Source of the DNA: an uncultured Gemmatimonadales bacterium
Lineage (GTDB): Bacteria; Gemmatimonadota; Gemmatimonadetes; Longimicrobiales; Longimicrobiaceae
DNA: 64,000 nt
NCBI GenBank assembly: GCA_963716255.1
Contig: OY970303.1
Span: forward strand, 6,176,001-6,240,000
Direction: 5' to 3'
The notes under the pieces: model-generated
Told to the model about the DNA's origin: nothing
Database searches by the model: none
What the model saw: only the letters and a program-made list of their open reading frames with translations
Position numbers and translations under genes: made by a program
In this document: positions 21,667 to 30,693 of the stretch, one piece after another
Numbering within the stretch: the stretch's first letter is position 1
Layout: the number at the start of each line of letters is the position of its first letter

Positions 21667-22773
21667 ATGAACGTGGAAAGCAACCAGACGCTGCGCCGGG
21701 TGGCCGCCGCCCTCGCCGGCGTGCGCCACCCGCAGACGGGCGACGACGTGGTCTCCAGCGGGCGCGTGCGCGACCTTCAGGTGACGGAGGACGGAGTCGT
21801 CCGCTTCCGCTTCGTCCTCCAGCCGGACGACCCGGGGACGCTGGTCCGCCAGTCGCGCGCCGCCGCCGAGGCGGTGGAGGGCGTGGGCAAGGTCAAGATC
21901 GACATCTCCCTCCCGGCCGCGCAGCCGCAGCAGCACACGCACCGCAAGGCGCCCGGCTCCGTCCCCGCGCCCAAGCCGAACCCCAACCTCCTCCCCGGCA
22001 TCGACCGGGTGATCGCGGTCAGCTCCGGCAAGGGCGGGGTGGGAAAGAGCACCGTGGCCGTGAACCTGGCCGCCGCGCTCGCCGCGGACGGGCTCCGCGT
22101 GGGCGTCCTGGACGCCGACGTGTACGGCCCCAACGTCCCCATGATGTTCGGGGAGCACCGCCGCCCCGCGGTCACCGGGAGCAAGGGCGCCGAGAAGATC
22201 GAGGCGCTGGAGGCCCACGGCGTCCGCCTCATGAGCCTTGGCTTCCTCCTGGACGAGGCGCAGCCCGCCATCATGCGCGGGCCGCTGATCGCCGGCATCC
22301 TCAAGCAGTTCCTGGAGCAGGTGGAGTGGGGCGAGCTGGACTTCCTGGTGGTGGACATGCCCCCCGGCACCGGCGACGCGCAGCTGTCCCTGGTGCAGAC
22401 GGTGAACGTGGACGGCGTGGTGATGGTGACCACGCCGCAGGACGTGTCCACCGGCGACGTGCTGCGGGGCATCAAGATGTTCGAGCGCACCCACACGCGC
22501 GTGCTGGGGATCGTGGAAAACATGAGCGGCTTCGTCTGCCCCTGCTGCGGACAGCGCTACGAGATCTTCGGACGGGGGGGCGGCCAGCGCCTCGCCGAGC
22601 AGACCGGCGTCCCCTTCCTGGGCGACGTGCCGCTGGAGATGGAGGTGCGCGCGAGCGGCGACGCGGGTGCGCCGGTGGTGGTGTCCTCGCCCGAGTCGCC
22701 GGCGGGGATGGCGCTGCGCGAGGTGGCGCGGCGCGTCGTGGCGGAGCTTTCCGTGGTGCCGGCTGTCGTGTGA
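21667..22773 (+). CDS. Mrp/NBP35 (ApbC) Fe-S carrier ATPase
   Basis: SGKGGVGKST, DMPPGTGD, ENMSGFVCPCC. Confidence 0.95.
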   Translation: MNVESNQTLRRVAAALAGVRHPQTGDDVVSSGRVRDLQVTEDGVVRFRFVLQPDDPGTLVRQSRAAAEAVEGVGKVKIDISLPAAQPQQHTHRKAPGSVPAPKPNPNLLPGIDRVIAVSSGKGGVGKSTVAVNLAAALAADGLRVGVLDADVYGPNVPMMFGEHRRPAVTGSKGAEKIEALEAHGVRLMSLGFLLDEAQPAIMRGPLIAGILKQFLEQVEWGELDFLVVDMPPGTGDAQLSLVQTVNVDGVVMVTTPQDVSTGDVLRGIKMFERTHTRVLGIVENMSGFVCPCCGQRYEIFGRGGGQRLAEQTGVPFLGDVPLEMEVRASGDAGAPVVVSSPESPAGMALREVARRVVAELSVVPAVV

Positions 22774-22794
22774 TAACGGCTTTGTAGCTGCGGG

Positions 22795-22947
22795 TTTGGG
22801 CGTGCCCCCGGCTGGCGCCGGGGTCGGGCTTCGGCTCCGTAACGCACGAAACAACCGTGCGTAACGGAGTCGAGCCCGCGCAAACAGCCGCGCGGTCTCG
22901 CCCCTTCGGGCCGAAATCCCTCACGCGGGGGTGGCGCTGGCGTCCGC
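22795..22947 (+). repeat. Structured repeat family A, copy 4
   Basis: Follows the mrp stop codon; same consensus. Confidence 0.9.
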
Positions 22948-23127
22948 GGGGATGGGGGAGCACGACACGGCGAGCCTGAGGGTCAGGAAGCCCTCCCCCA
23001 GAATTGGGGGAGGGTGGCGGCTCTCAGGCCGCCGGGTGGGGGCCGCCGGGGCCGCAACACATGCGTGAGGGGGGTGGCGAGCGTCGCTCGCCACCCCCCT
23101 TCGCCGTCCCGTCCGGATTCCGCGCGG

Positions 23128-23367
23128 CTACGAGTCCAGCCAGGCCTGGTCCGAGGAGGAGGCGAGGCGGCGGTGGGAGCCGCCGCCGCTCCGCTGCACC
23201 AGCTTGACCACCACGTAGCCGACCAGCAGGACCGGCGCCAGCTTGAAGAGCAGCCCCAGCGCGCCGAAGGCCAGGCCGAACACCGCGGCGACCAGCGCGA
23301 AGAGGATGCTGACGGCCACCAGGCCGACGACGCAGATGACGAACAGGGTGAGCAGTGCGGTGAGCAT
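23128..23367 (-). CDS. Small membrane protein of the ECF operon
   Basis: AGGAGG RBS, hydrophobic, last gene of a co-oriented cluster. Confidence 0.65.
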   Translation of the reverse strand: MLTALLTLFVICVVGLVAVSILFALVAAVFGLAFGALGLLFKLAPVLLVGYVVVKLVQRSGGGSHRRLASSSDQAWLDS

Positions 23368-23398
23368 CGGAGTCCTCCTGTGTTTGTCCTCGGGTGTC

Positions 23399-24277
23399 CT
23401 ACCGGTCGATCCAGTCGATGTCGATGGAGCCGAAGGCGGCGTCCACCTCCACGGTCAGGCGGTTGCGGGCGCTCTCCCAGTTGCGGCTGTAGTACGCCCC
23501 GCCGCGCTTCACCAGCCCCGCGTCGTCGAAGCTGGTGAGGAACGAGTCCTTGACGATGCGCACCCCCAGATCCCGCGGGAACCGCAGCGTCAGCGAGCCG
23601 AGCCCCAGGGAAACCTTGGCGGTGGCGTTCCGGTCCCACGCCCCGCCGAAGTCCAGGACCGTCTCTCCCACCCCGCCCTCGAACACGAAGCGCTCGGCCC
23701 TCGCATTCCCCAGCCCCGTGGCCTGGAAGCTCGCCGCCCCCGCATTCATCTCCACCTCTTCCGCGGCGATGCGGTTGGGCGCGCCGAAGGCGACGCGCGT
23801 CTCGCTCGCTCCGGTGGAAAGGTGCAGGCTGCGGAGCGACAGGCCGCCCAGGTCGATGTCGGCCTCCCCAGCGCCGAACTCCAGGTCCAGGTCCAGCGGC
23901 ACCTCGCGGGTGAGGTGCAGGTCGGCGCGCGACTCCTCGCGCACCCGGTTCACCCGGATGCCGCGGCCCCGGTCGCGCGACTTCATCCCCAGGCGGAGCG
24001 CGCCGCTCGCGCGGTCGTACTCCGTCACCGGCGTGGTCTGGCTCTCGTCGTAGCGCATCTGGAACTCGTAGAGGAGCGGGCGGTCGGCCGGGGTCACCAC
24101 CAGCCGCCCCGCCCCGTACTCCACCTCCACGGCCAGCGCCTTCTCGCCCAGCGCCTGCCGCGACGAGGTCACGGTGCGCCAGCTCTGCGCGTCCGACGCC
24201 CCCGGCGATCCGCACCCGGCACCCACGGCCAGGGCGAGCGCGAGCAGGGCGCTCCCGCCGCCGCGCCGCTCAGACAT
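23399..24277 (-). CDS. Exported beta-repeat protein (toast-rack/LiaG-like), possible lipoprotein
   Basis: Signal peptide ending GAGC; repeated L-x-L-x-x-G-x-G beta motifs. Confidence 0.6.
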   Translation of the reverse strand: MSERRGGGSALLALALAVGAGCGSPGASDAQSWRTVTSSRQALGEKALAVEVEYGAGRLVVTPADRPLLYEFQMRYDESQTTPVTEYDRASGALRLGMKSRDRGRGIRVNRVREESRADLHLTREVPLDLDLEFGAGEADIDLGGLSLRSLHLSTGASETRVAFGAPNRIAAEEVEMNAGAASFQATGLGNARAERFVFEGGVGETVLDFGGAWDRNATAKVSLGLGSLTLRFPRDLGVRIVKDSFLTSFDDAGLVKRGGAYYSRNWESARNRLTVEVDAAFGSIDIDWIDR

Positions 24278-25487
24278 GGGGCTCCCTCGCCGCCGGCTCC
24301 GCGTCGAAGAGGGGATCGCCGTCCAGCACCGGGTCGTAGGCCCGCGGGACGTACGCCTCGCGGGTGCCGGCGCGGGTCAGGATCACCGCGCCCAGGCCGA
24401 GCGTGGCCGCCGCCCACAGGATCATCCCGCCGAGCACCTGGAGGAGGACCCCCACCCATCCCAGGAACCCCACCATCCCGATCAGGTGCCCCGCCAGCAT
24501 GGGCGCCAGCAGGAGCCCGATCCCGGCGAACACGTAGGCGTAGGCGTTCCGGTAGCGGAAGTCGAACCCGCCGCGCTGCTCCGCCGTGTACTCGCCGACC
24601 ACGTGCGCCACCGCCAGCAGGCCGAAGCCGAAGGCGGCGACCACCGCGAGCGGGTAGAGCGGGATCGCCACCAGGAGCACCGGGATGCCGATGATGGAGA
24701 TGGCCAGCGCCACCACCAGCAGGATGAAGGCGGGGATGACCAGGAAGCTGGCCGCGAGCCCCACCGCCGCCGAGCGCCCCGTGTGGAGGCGCGCCGTTTC
24801 GCTCACCTTCCGCAGGTAGGGGAGACCGTAGAACACCAGCGCGGCCCCGATCCCCGCCAGCACCAGCGCGAAGGCGAGCGTGGACATCACCCCCGCGATC
24901 CCCTCGCCGATGTCGTCGAACCACGACGGGTGGCGGACGCGCACGGCCTGCGGCGGCGGGGGAGCGTGCGGGGCGGAGGGCATCACCAGCACGTGCTCCT
25001 CGTTCACCGCCAGCGTGCGCATCTCGCCCAGGATGCGGCCGCCGTGGTTCAGCAGCTCGCCGTCCGTCACCACCGCGTCGCCCATCACCCGGCCGCCGTC
25101 CTCCATGAGGAGGTCGCCGCCGGTGACCACCGCGTTGCCGCGGATCTCGCCGTGCACCGTGAGGTCGCCGTCCACCACCACCATGTCGCCGTCGATCACC
25201 TCGCCGTCCGCCACCACGTGGTCTCCGGTGAGCACCGAGACCCCGGCGTCGCGGACCTGCGCCCGGGCACGTGCCGCCTCCCGCACCGCCTCGCGGTGCA
25301 CCCGGGCGGCTTCCCGCGCCGTTTCCGCCTGCGCCGCGGCGACCTCCCGGGCGACCTCCGCCTGCACGGCCGCGGCCTCGCGCCGGAGCTCTCCGGCCGG
25401 GGCGCCCTGCGCCGCGGCGGGGAGGCCGTTCCCCAGGAGCGCCGCGGCGAACAGCAGCGCCGGTACCTTCACGATATCAGTTCGCAT
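24270..25487 (-). CDS. Membrane protein with bactofilin-like beta-helix repeats
   Basis: GDMVVVDGDLTVHGEIRGNAVVTGGD repeats followed by multiple TM helices. Confidence 0.7.
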   Translation of the reverse strand: MRTDIVKVPALLFAAALLGNGLPAAAQGAPAGELRREAAAVQAEVAREVAAAQAETAREAARVHREAVREAARARAQVRDAGVSVLTGDHVVADGEVIDGDMVVVDGDLTVHGEIRGNAVVTGGDLLMEDGGRVMGDAVVTDGELLNHGGRILGEMRTLAVNEEHVLVMPSAPHAPPPPQAVRVRHPSWFDDIGEGIAGVMSTLAFALVLAGIGAALVFYGLPYLRKVSETARLHTGRSAAVGLAASFLVIPAFILLVVALAISIIGIPVLLVAIPLYPLAVVAAFGFGLLAVAHVVGEYTAEQRGGFDFRYRNAYAYVFAGIGLLLAPMLAGHLIGMVGFLGWVGVLLQVLGGMILWAAATLGLGAVILTRAGTREAYVPRAYDPVLDGDPLFDAEPAAREPHV

Positions 25488-26106
25488 GGGCCACATCCCC
25501 CGCCGGGGCTCGAAGAAGTCGAACCAGCACGAACGCCGAGACCGGCGTCGCGACCGCCATCCCCATCGCCAGCAGCGAGATCTCGCCGGTGGGGTTCTCC
25601 CACAGCGCCGCCGCCGCTCCCTGCCCCCACTCCAGGATCCCGCTCGCCGCCACCAGCTCGAACGCGCCGTCCACCGCCGCGTGCCCCGCCTGCGCCGCCC
25701 ACTGCTGCCCCATGGAAAGCAGTCCGCCCACGGTGACCAGCGGGAAGGACAGCAGCCACGCCGCCACCGCCAGCAGCGGCGCGAACGGGGAGGCGAGCGC
25801 CGCGAACAGCATCATCCACCCGCGCCGCGTCGCCGGCAGCCAGCGCCGCACCCTCGCCAGCGCGGCCGATCCCTCGGGCCGGAGGTGCACCCGCGCCATG
25901 ACGGCGTCGGAGAATTCCGGCATGGGGGTGAAGCGCGGGAGGTCGCCGAGCGAGGCGAAGAGCGCCCGGCTGGATTCGACCTCGGCCGCGCAGGTGCCGC
26001 AGCGCTCCACGTGCGCCCGCACCTCCTCCCGCTCGTCGGGCGGGAGGGCGTCCTCGGCGTACAGCTCCAGCGTCCACTGCGGCACGTGTCCGAACGGATA
26101 TGACAC
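25477..26106 (-). CDS. Zinc-finger (zf-HC2) anti-sigma factor
   Basis: HVERCGTC motif, TM segments, downstream of the ECF sigma. Confidence 0.85.
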   Translation of the reverse strand: MSYPFGHVPQWTLELYAEDALPPDEREEVRAHVERCGTCAAEVESSRALFASLGDLPRFTPMPEFSDAVMARVHLRPEGSAALARVRRWLPATRRGWMMLFAALASPFAPLLAVAAWLLSFPLVTVGGLLSMGQQWAAQAGHAAVDGAFELVAASGILEWGQGAAAALWENPTGEISLLAMGMAVATPVSAFVLVRLLRAPAGDVAHAN

Positions 26107-26179
26107 GGGTCCACTCTCCTGGTTGGTCGGGCGATTCGTCACCGACTACGGGTTCTCACCACTGGAAGTTTCAGCACGG

Positions 26180-26770
26180 TCAGATCCGCAGGTGGGCGAG
26201 CGATTCGCGCAGCTCGCCGCGGGCCCTGTGGATGTACGTCTTCACGGTGCCCAGCGGCACCGCCATGATCTCGGCGATCTCCTCGTACGCCCGCCCCTCC
26301 ACGTGGCGCAGGAGGACGGCGGTCTTGTACTCGGGGCGCAGCCGGCCGATGGCGCGCTCGATCTCGGACCCCAGCTCGCGGGCCTCCAGCAGCTCCTCGG
26401 GGTTCTCGTCGTCCGAGACCGCGGTGATGCGGGTCGCTTCGATGTCCTCGTCCGTCTCCGCATGCCGTGAGCCGTCCAGCGAGACGGTGGCCGGCTCCTT
26501 CTTGCGCAGCGCATCGATCGTCACGTTGGTGGCGATCTTGAAGATCCAGCTGGAGAACTTGTACTTGGGGTCGTACCGGTCGATGTTGTTGAAGACCTTG
26601 ACGAAGGTCTCCTGCGACAGGTCTTCCGCCTGCTCCCGGTCCCGCACCATGCGGTACACGAGCGAGAACACCGGACGCTGGTAGCGGCCGAGAAGCTCCC
26701 TGTACGCCGCCTCGCTGCCCTTGCGGGCGCGGGTGACGAGCTCGTGGTCGGGTACTTGGGTCGCGTCCAA
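26180..26770 (-). CDS. ECF sigma-70 factor (SigW/RpoE-like)
   Basis: AEDLSQETF, FSSWIFKIATN, YEEIAEIMAVPLGTVKTYIHRAR. Confidence 0.93.
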   Translation of the reverse strand: MDATQVPDHELVTRARKGSEAAYRELLGRYQRPVFSLVYRMVRDREQAEDLSQETFVKVFNNIDRYDPKYKFSSWIFKIATNVTIDALRKKEPATVSLDGSRHAETDEDIEATRITAVSDDENPEELLEARELGSEIERAIGRLRPEYKTAVLLRHVEGRAYEEIAEIMAVPLGTVKTYIHRARGELRESLAHLRI

Positions 26771-26939
26771 TTTGTGGACTGAAGGGTCGGAGTACTCTGC
26801 CTGGAGCCTGTACGGCGGCCCCGCGGCCGAAGTTTCAGCCGGGCCCCCGCGGCGGACCCGGGGGTGTCCAGGCTTGCCGCGAGGGGCGGGTGCAGGTACC
26901 TTTTGTCCTTCATTTTACACGATTCTCACGCCGTCCGCG

Positions 26940-27680
26940 ATGCCGTCCGCAACCAGCCGACCCACCGTGCTCCCCGCGCCCGCCGAGAAGGCCGCGCAGG
27001 TGCGCGGGATGTTCTCGTCGATCGCACCGCGCTACGACCTGCTCAACCACCTGCTGTCGCTGGGCATCGACAAGCTGTGGCGGCGCTGGGCCGTGAACCG
27101 GCTGGGGTGGGAGCGTGCGCCGGGGGGGACATACCTGGACAACTGCGCGGGAACGCTCGACCTGTCGGTGGAGCTGGCGCGCCGGCCCGGCTTCCGGGGG
27201 CGCGTGGTGGGGAGCGACTTCACCTTCGCCATGCTGGAGCGGGGCCAGGGCAAGGTGGCGCGGCTCCCGGTGTCCTCCGCGTGCGCCGACGCGCTGATGC
27301 TCCCGTACCCGGACGCGGCCTTCGACGGCTCCACGGTGGGCTTCGGGGTGCGCAACCTGGCGGACCTGGACGCCGGGCTCCGCGAGTCGGCGCGGGTGCT
27401 GAAGCCGGGGGCGAAGCTGGTGATCCTGGAGTTCACCACGCCCACCTGGCAGCCCTTCCGGGGGATGTACTTCTTCTACTTCCTGCGGGTGCTTCCGCTG
27501 GTGGGGCGCATGGTGTCGAAGCACTCGTCGGCGTACACGTACCTGCCGGAGTCGGTGCTGAACTTCCCGGAGCCGCCGGAGCTGGCGGAGCGGATGGGCC
27601 GCGCCGGCTTCGACGAGGTGGGGTGGACGACGCTCTCCGGGGGGATCGCCGCCATCCACTGGGGGACGCGCCGGCCGTGA
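26940..27680 (+). CDS. menG: UbiE/MenG quinone methyltransferase
   Basis: MFSSIAPRYDLLNHLLSLG, GFGVRN, AYTYLPES. Confidence 0.88.
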   Translation: MPSATSRPTVLPAPAEKAAQVRGMFSSIAPRYDLLNHLLSLGIDKLWRRWAVNRLGWERAPGGTYLDNCAGTLDLSVELARRPGFRGRVVGSDFTFAMLERGQGKVARLPVSSACADALMLPYPDAAFDGSTVGFGVRNLADLDAGLRESARVLKPGAKLVILEFTTPTWQPFRGMYFFYFLRVLPLVGRMVSKHSSAYTYLPESVLNFPEPPELAERMGRAGFDEVGWTTLSGGIAAIHWGTRRP

Positions 27681-27946
27681 ACGACTTCCTGTCCATCTTC
27701 GGGGTGGGGCTGGTCCTCACCTTCATCGCGTGCTGCGTCTCGTCCGCGATGCTCCAGATCGTGGCGTGGACCCGCCACGCGCGGGAGGGGGTGCCGGTGT
27801 CGCTGCGGGCGCTGTGGAAGCCGGAGGAGCACTTCGACGAGGTGGGGGTGCGGCAGATCACGCTGGCCCGCTCGCTCCTCACCGTGGGCGGGGTGGCGTA
27901 CCTGAGCTTCGGGGTGCTCAATCTGGCCGCGGCGGCGCTGCGGTAG
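27677..27946 (+). CDS. Small hypothetical membrane protein
   Basis: GTGA overlap with the upstream gene; two hydrophobic segments. Confidence 0.55.
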   Translation: MNDFLSIFGVGLVLTFIACCVSSAMLQIVAWTRHAREGVPVSLRALWKPEEHFDEVGVRQITLARSLLTVGGVAYLSFGVLNLAAAALR

Positions 27947-27970
27947 TCGCGGCCGATCGAGGAGCGGGCA

Positions 27971-28303
27971 ATGGCTCTCCTGCACGACGTCGAGGCCGGG
28001 ATCGAGCTTCCCGGCGAGCGCATCGCGGAGTTCTGCCGCCGGTGGCACGTGGTGGAGCTGGCGCTGTTCGGCTCCGTGCTGAGCGACGACTTCGGCCCGG
28101 CGAGCGACGTGGACGTCCTCGTGACCTTCGACCCGGAGAACACGCCGTCGCTCTTCGACCACGCGGACATGCAGGACGAGCTCGCCGCGATCTTCGGCCG
28201 GCCGGTGGACCTGGTCAGCAGGCGCGGGGTGGAGAGAAGCGAGAACCCATTCTGGAAACGGTCGATCCTGGGAACGGCAAGGGTCATCTATGTTGAACCC
28301 TGA
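27971..28303 (+). CDS. Minimal nucleotidyltransferase (MNT) antitoxin
   Basis: LFGSVLSDDFGPASDVDVLV (GS-x10-DxD), GRPVDLV. Confidence 0.9.
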   Translation: MALLHDVEAGIELPGERIAEFCRRWHVVELALFGSVLSDDFGPASDVDVLVTFDPENTPSLFDHADMQDELAAIFGRPVDLVSRRGVERSENPFWKRSILGTARVIYVEP

Positions 28304-28655
28304 TCACGCTTACCTGGCCGACATCCTGATTGCTGCTCGCAAAGTCCAGAAGTTCGTCTCCGGAGTCAGCCGGTCGGATTTCGAAGACGACGAGATGCGG
28401 GAATCCGCGGTCGTCAGGCAGCTTACGATCATTGGTGAAGCGGCCGAGAATGTCTCGCTCGAGTTCAGGGGCGCCCATCCCGAGATCCCGTGGCGGAAGA
28501 TGGCGGGATTGCGGGACGTTCTCGTCCACGCGTACCGGCGGGTGGACCTCGCCGAGATGTGGACCATCTCCACTGAGTCGGTACCGTCTCTGATCGGATC
28601 GCTGGAGCCGGTGGTCGCGGCTGCTGTGGAACAACTCGAGGATACATCGCAGTGA
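28290..28655 (+). CDS. HEPN (DUF86/HepT) RNase toxin
   Basis: AVVRQLTIIGEAA, PEIPW, RDVLVHAY (R-x4-H-x-Y). Confidence 0.9.
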   Translation: MLNPDHAYLADILIAARKVQKFVSGVSRSDFEDDEMRESAVVRQLTIIGEAAENVSLEFRGAHPEIPWRKMAGLRDVLVHAYRRVDLAEMWTISTESVPSLIGSLEPVVAAAVEQLEDTSQ

Positions 28656-29557
28656 GCACATACATCCACGAAGGGCAGCACATCCGCGGGCGGGGGCGCC
28701 TGGTGGACTACTCCAACCTGGTGAAGCTCCCCCACACCGTCTTCGCCCTTCCGTTCGCGCTGGTGGGCGCGACGCTGGCGTCGTACTACTTCCCGGTCCG
28801 CTGGACGGACCTGCTGCTGATCCTGGCGGCCTTCACCTCGGCGCGCTTCGCGGCCATGGGCTTCAACCGCATCGTGGACCGGGCCATCGACGCGCGCAAC
28901 CCGCGCACGCGCATGCGCGAGATCCCGGCGGGGAAGCTCACGGTGGCGCAGGCGGCGGCGGCGGTGGCGGGGGCGAGCGGGCTGTTCCTGGCGTGCGCGG
29001 CGATGCTGAACCGGCTGTGCCTGCTGCTCGCTCCGCTCGCGCTCGCCTGGATCTTCTTCTACTCGTACACCAAGCGCTTCACGCGCTGGGCGCACCTGGT
29101 GCTGGGGGTGTCGCTGGCCATCGCCCCGGTGGGCGCGTACCTGGCCGTCTCGGGCGAGTGGAGCCGCCCCGCGTCCGTGCTGCTGGTGCTGGCGGGGGCC
29201 GTGGTCGCCTGGGTGTCCGGCTTCGACATCCTGTACTCGCTGCAGGACATCGAGTTCGATCGCTCGCAGGGGCTGCACTCCATCCCCGCGGCGCTGGGGC
29301 CGCGCGGGGCGCTGGTGGCGTCGCGCGTCCTCCACCTGGCGTGCGCGGGATTGTTCTTTCTGCTGGGCACGCTGGTGCCGGAGGCGGGGGCGATCTACTA
29401 CGCCGGGGCGGTGCTCGTCACCGTGATGCTGGCGTACGAGCAGAGCCTGGTGCGGTCCAACGACTTTTCCCGCATCGACGCGGCGTTCTTCAACATCAAC
29501 GGGATCATCTCGGTGGGCTTCTGCCTCCTGGTGCTGGTGGAGAGGCTGCTGGCGTGA
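28652..29557 (+). CDS. UbiA-family prenyltransferase (MqnP-like)
   Basis: HTVFALPFA, AMGFNRIVDRAIDARNPRT, FDILYSLQD. Confidence 0.9.
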   Translation: MSTYIHEGQHIRGRGRLVDYSNLVKLPHTVFALPFALVGATLASYYFPVRWTDLLLILAAFTSARFAAMGFNRIVDRAIDARNPRTRMREIPAGKLTVAQAAAAVAGASGLFLACAAMLNRLCLLLAPLALAWIFFYSYTKRFTRWAHLVLGVSLAIAPVGAYLAVSGEWSRPASVLLVLAGAVVAWVSGFDILYSLQDIEFDRSQGLHSIPAALGPRGALVASRVLHLACAGLFFLLGTLVPEAGAIYYAGAVLVTVMLAYEQSLVRSNDFSRIDAAFFNINGIISVGFCLLVLVERLLA

Positions 29558-30153
29558 GCGCCGCCGGGGAGGCGCCCATCACCCTGGGGGTGACGGGGGC
29601 GTCGGGGGCGCCGTACGCGGTGCGCCTCCTGCGCGCCCTCAACGACACGGCGACGCCGGTGCGGCTGATCGTCTCGTCGTACGGGTGGCGCCTGCTGGCG
29701 GAGGAGTCGGGGATCGACGGGCTGGACGCGCTGCGCGCCGCCACCGGCGACTGGTCGAGGGTGGAGCTGTACGACGCGCTGGACCGCGGGGCGACACCCG
29801 CCTCCGGGTCGGCGCCGTCGCGCGGGATGGTGATCTGCCCGTGCTCCATGGGCACGCTGGCGTCCATCGCGGCGGGGACCTCGCGCAACCTGGTGGAGCG
29901 CGCCGCGGACGTGGCGCTCAAGGAGCGCCGGCCGCTGCTGCTCGTCCCTCGGGAAACGCCGCTCTCGCTGATCCACCTGGAGAACATGACACGCCTCACC
30001 CGCGCGGGCGCCACGGTGATGCCGGCCGCGCCGGGGTTCTACTCGCGGCCCCGGAGCATCGACGACCTGGTGGACTTCGTGGTGGCGCGCATCCTGGACC
30101 ACCTGGGGGTGGAGCACGAGATCGGGCGGCGGTGGCGGAGCGGGGAGGCATGA
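29554..30153 (+). CDS. ubiX: Flavin prenyltransferase UbiX
   Basis: GVTGASGA, PCSMGTLA, RAADVALKERR, PRETPL. Confidence 0.93.
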   Translation: MSAAGEAPITLGVTGASGAPYAVRLLRALNDTATPVRLIVSSYGWRLLAEESGIDGLDALRAATGDWSRVELYDALDRGATPASGSAPSRGMVICPCSMGTLASIAAGTSRNLVERAADVALKERRPLLLVPRETPLSLIHLENMTRLTRAGATVMPAAPGFYSRPRSIDDLVDFVVARILDHLGVEHEIGRRWRSGEA

Positions 30154-30623
30154 GGGTCGGCATCATCTCGGACACGCACGGGCTGCTCCGCCCGGAAGTG
30201 TTCCCGGTCTTCGAGGGCGTGGAGCACATCCTGCACGCCGGCGACGTCGGGCCGGCCGACCTGCTGGTGGAGCTGGAGGCGATCGCCCCGGTCACGGCGG
30301 TGTGGGGGAACACGGACGGGTGGGAGGTGCGCGCCCGCGTTCCGGAGGTGGCGCGGGTGGAGCTGGGCGGCGTCACGGTGGTGGTCCTCCATGGCATGCA
30401 GCTGGGCTCGCCCACGGCGGCCGGCGCGGCGGCGGCGTACCCGGACGCGGAGCTGGTCGTCTTCGGCCACTCCCACCGGCCGGTGGTGGAGCGCGTCGGC
30501 GCCGTGCTGGCGGTGAACCCGGGGAGCGCCGGCCCGCGCCGCTTCCGCGACCCGGTGACCGTGGCGATCGCGGAGCTGTCTCCCGGACGGACGTCCGCAC
30601 GGCTGGTGGAGCTGGACCTGTGA
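30150..30623 (+). CDS. YfcE-like metallophosphoesterase
   Basis: ISDTHG, HAGD, GNTD, FGHSH, NPGS. Confidence 0.9.
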   Translation: MRVGIISDTHGLLRPEVFPVFEGVEHILHAGDVGPADLLVELEAIAPVTAVWGNTDGWEVRARVPEVARVELGGVTVVVLHGMQLGSPTAAGAAAAYPDAELVVFGHSHRPVVERVGAVLAVNPGSAGPRRFRDPVTVAIAELSPGRTSARLVELDL

Positions 30624-30693
30624 ACCCGGCCGGCGGCGCCGGCCTCCTGTGCCGCGGCCCCGCGCCGCGGTAAACTCTCAAAGCGAGGTGTGG

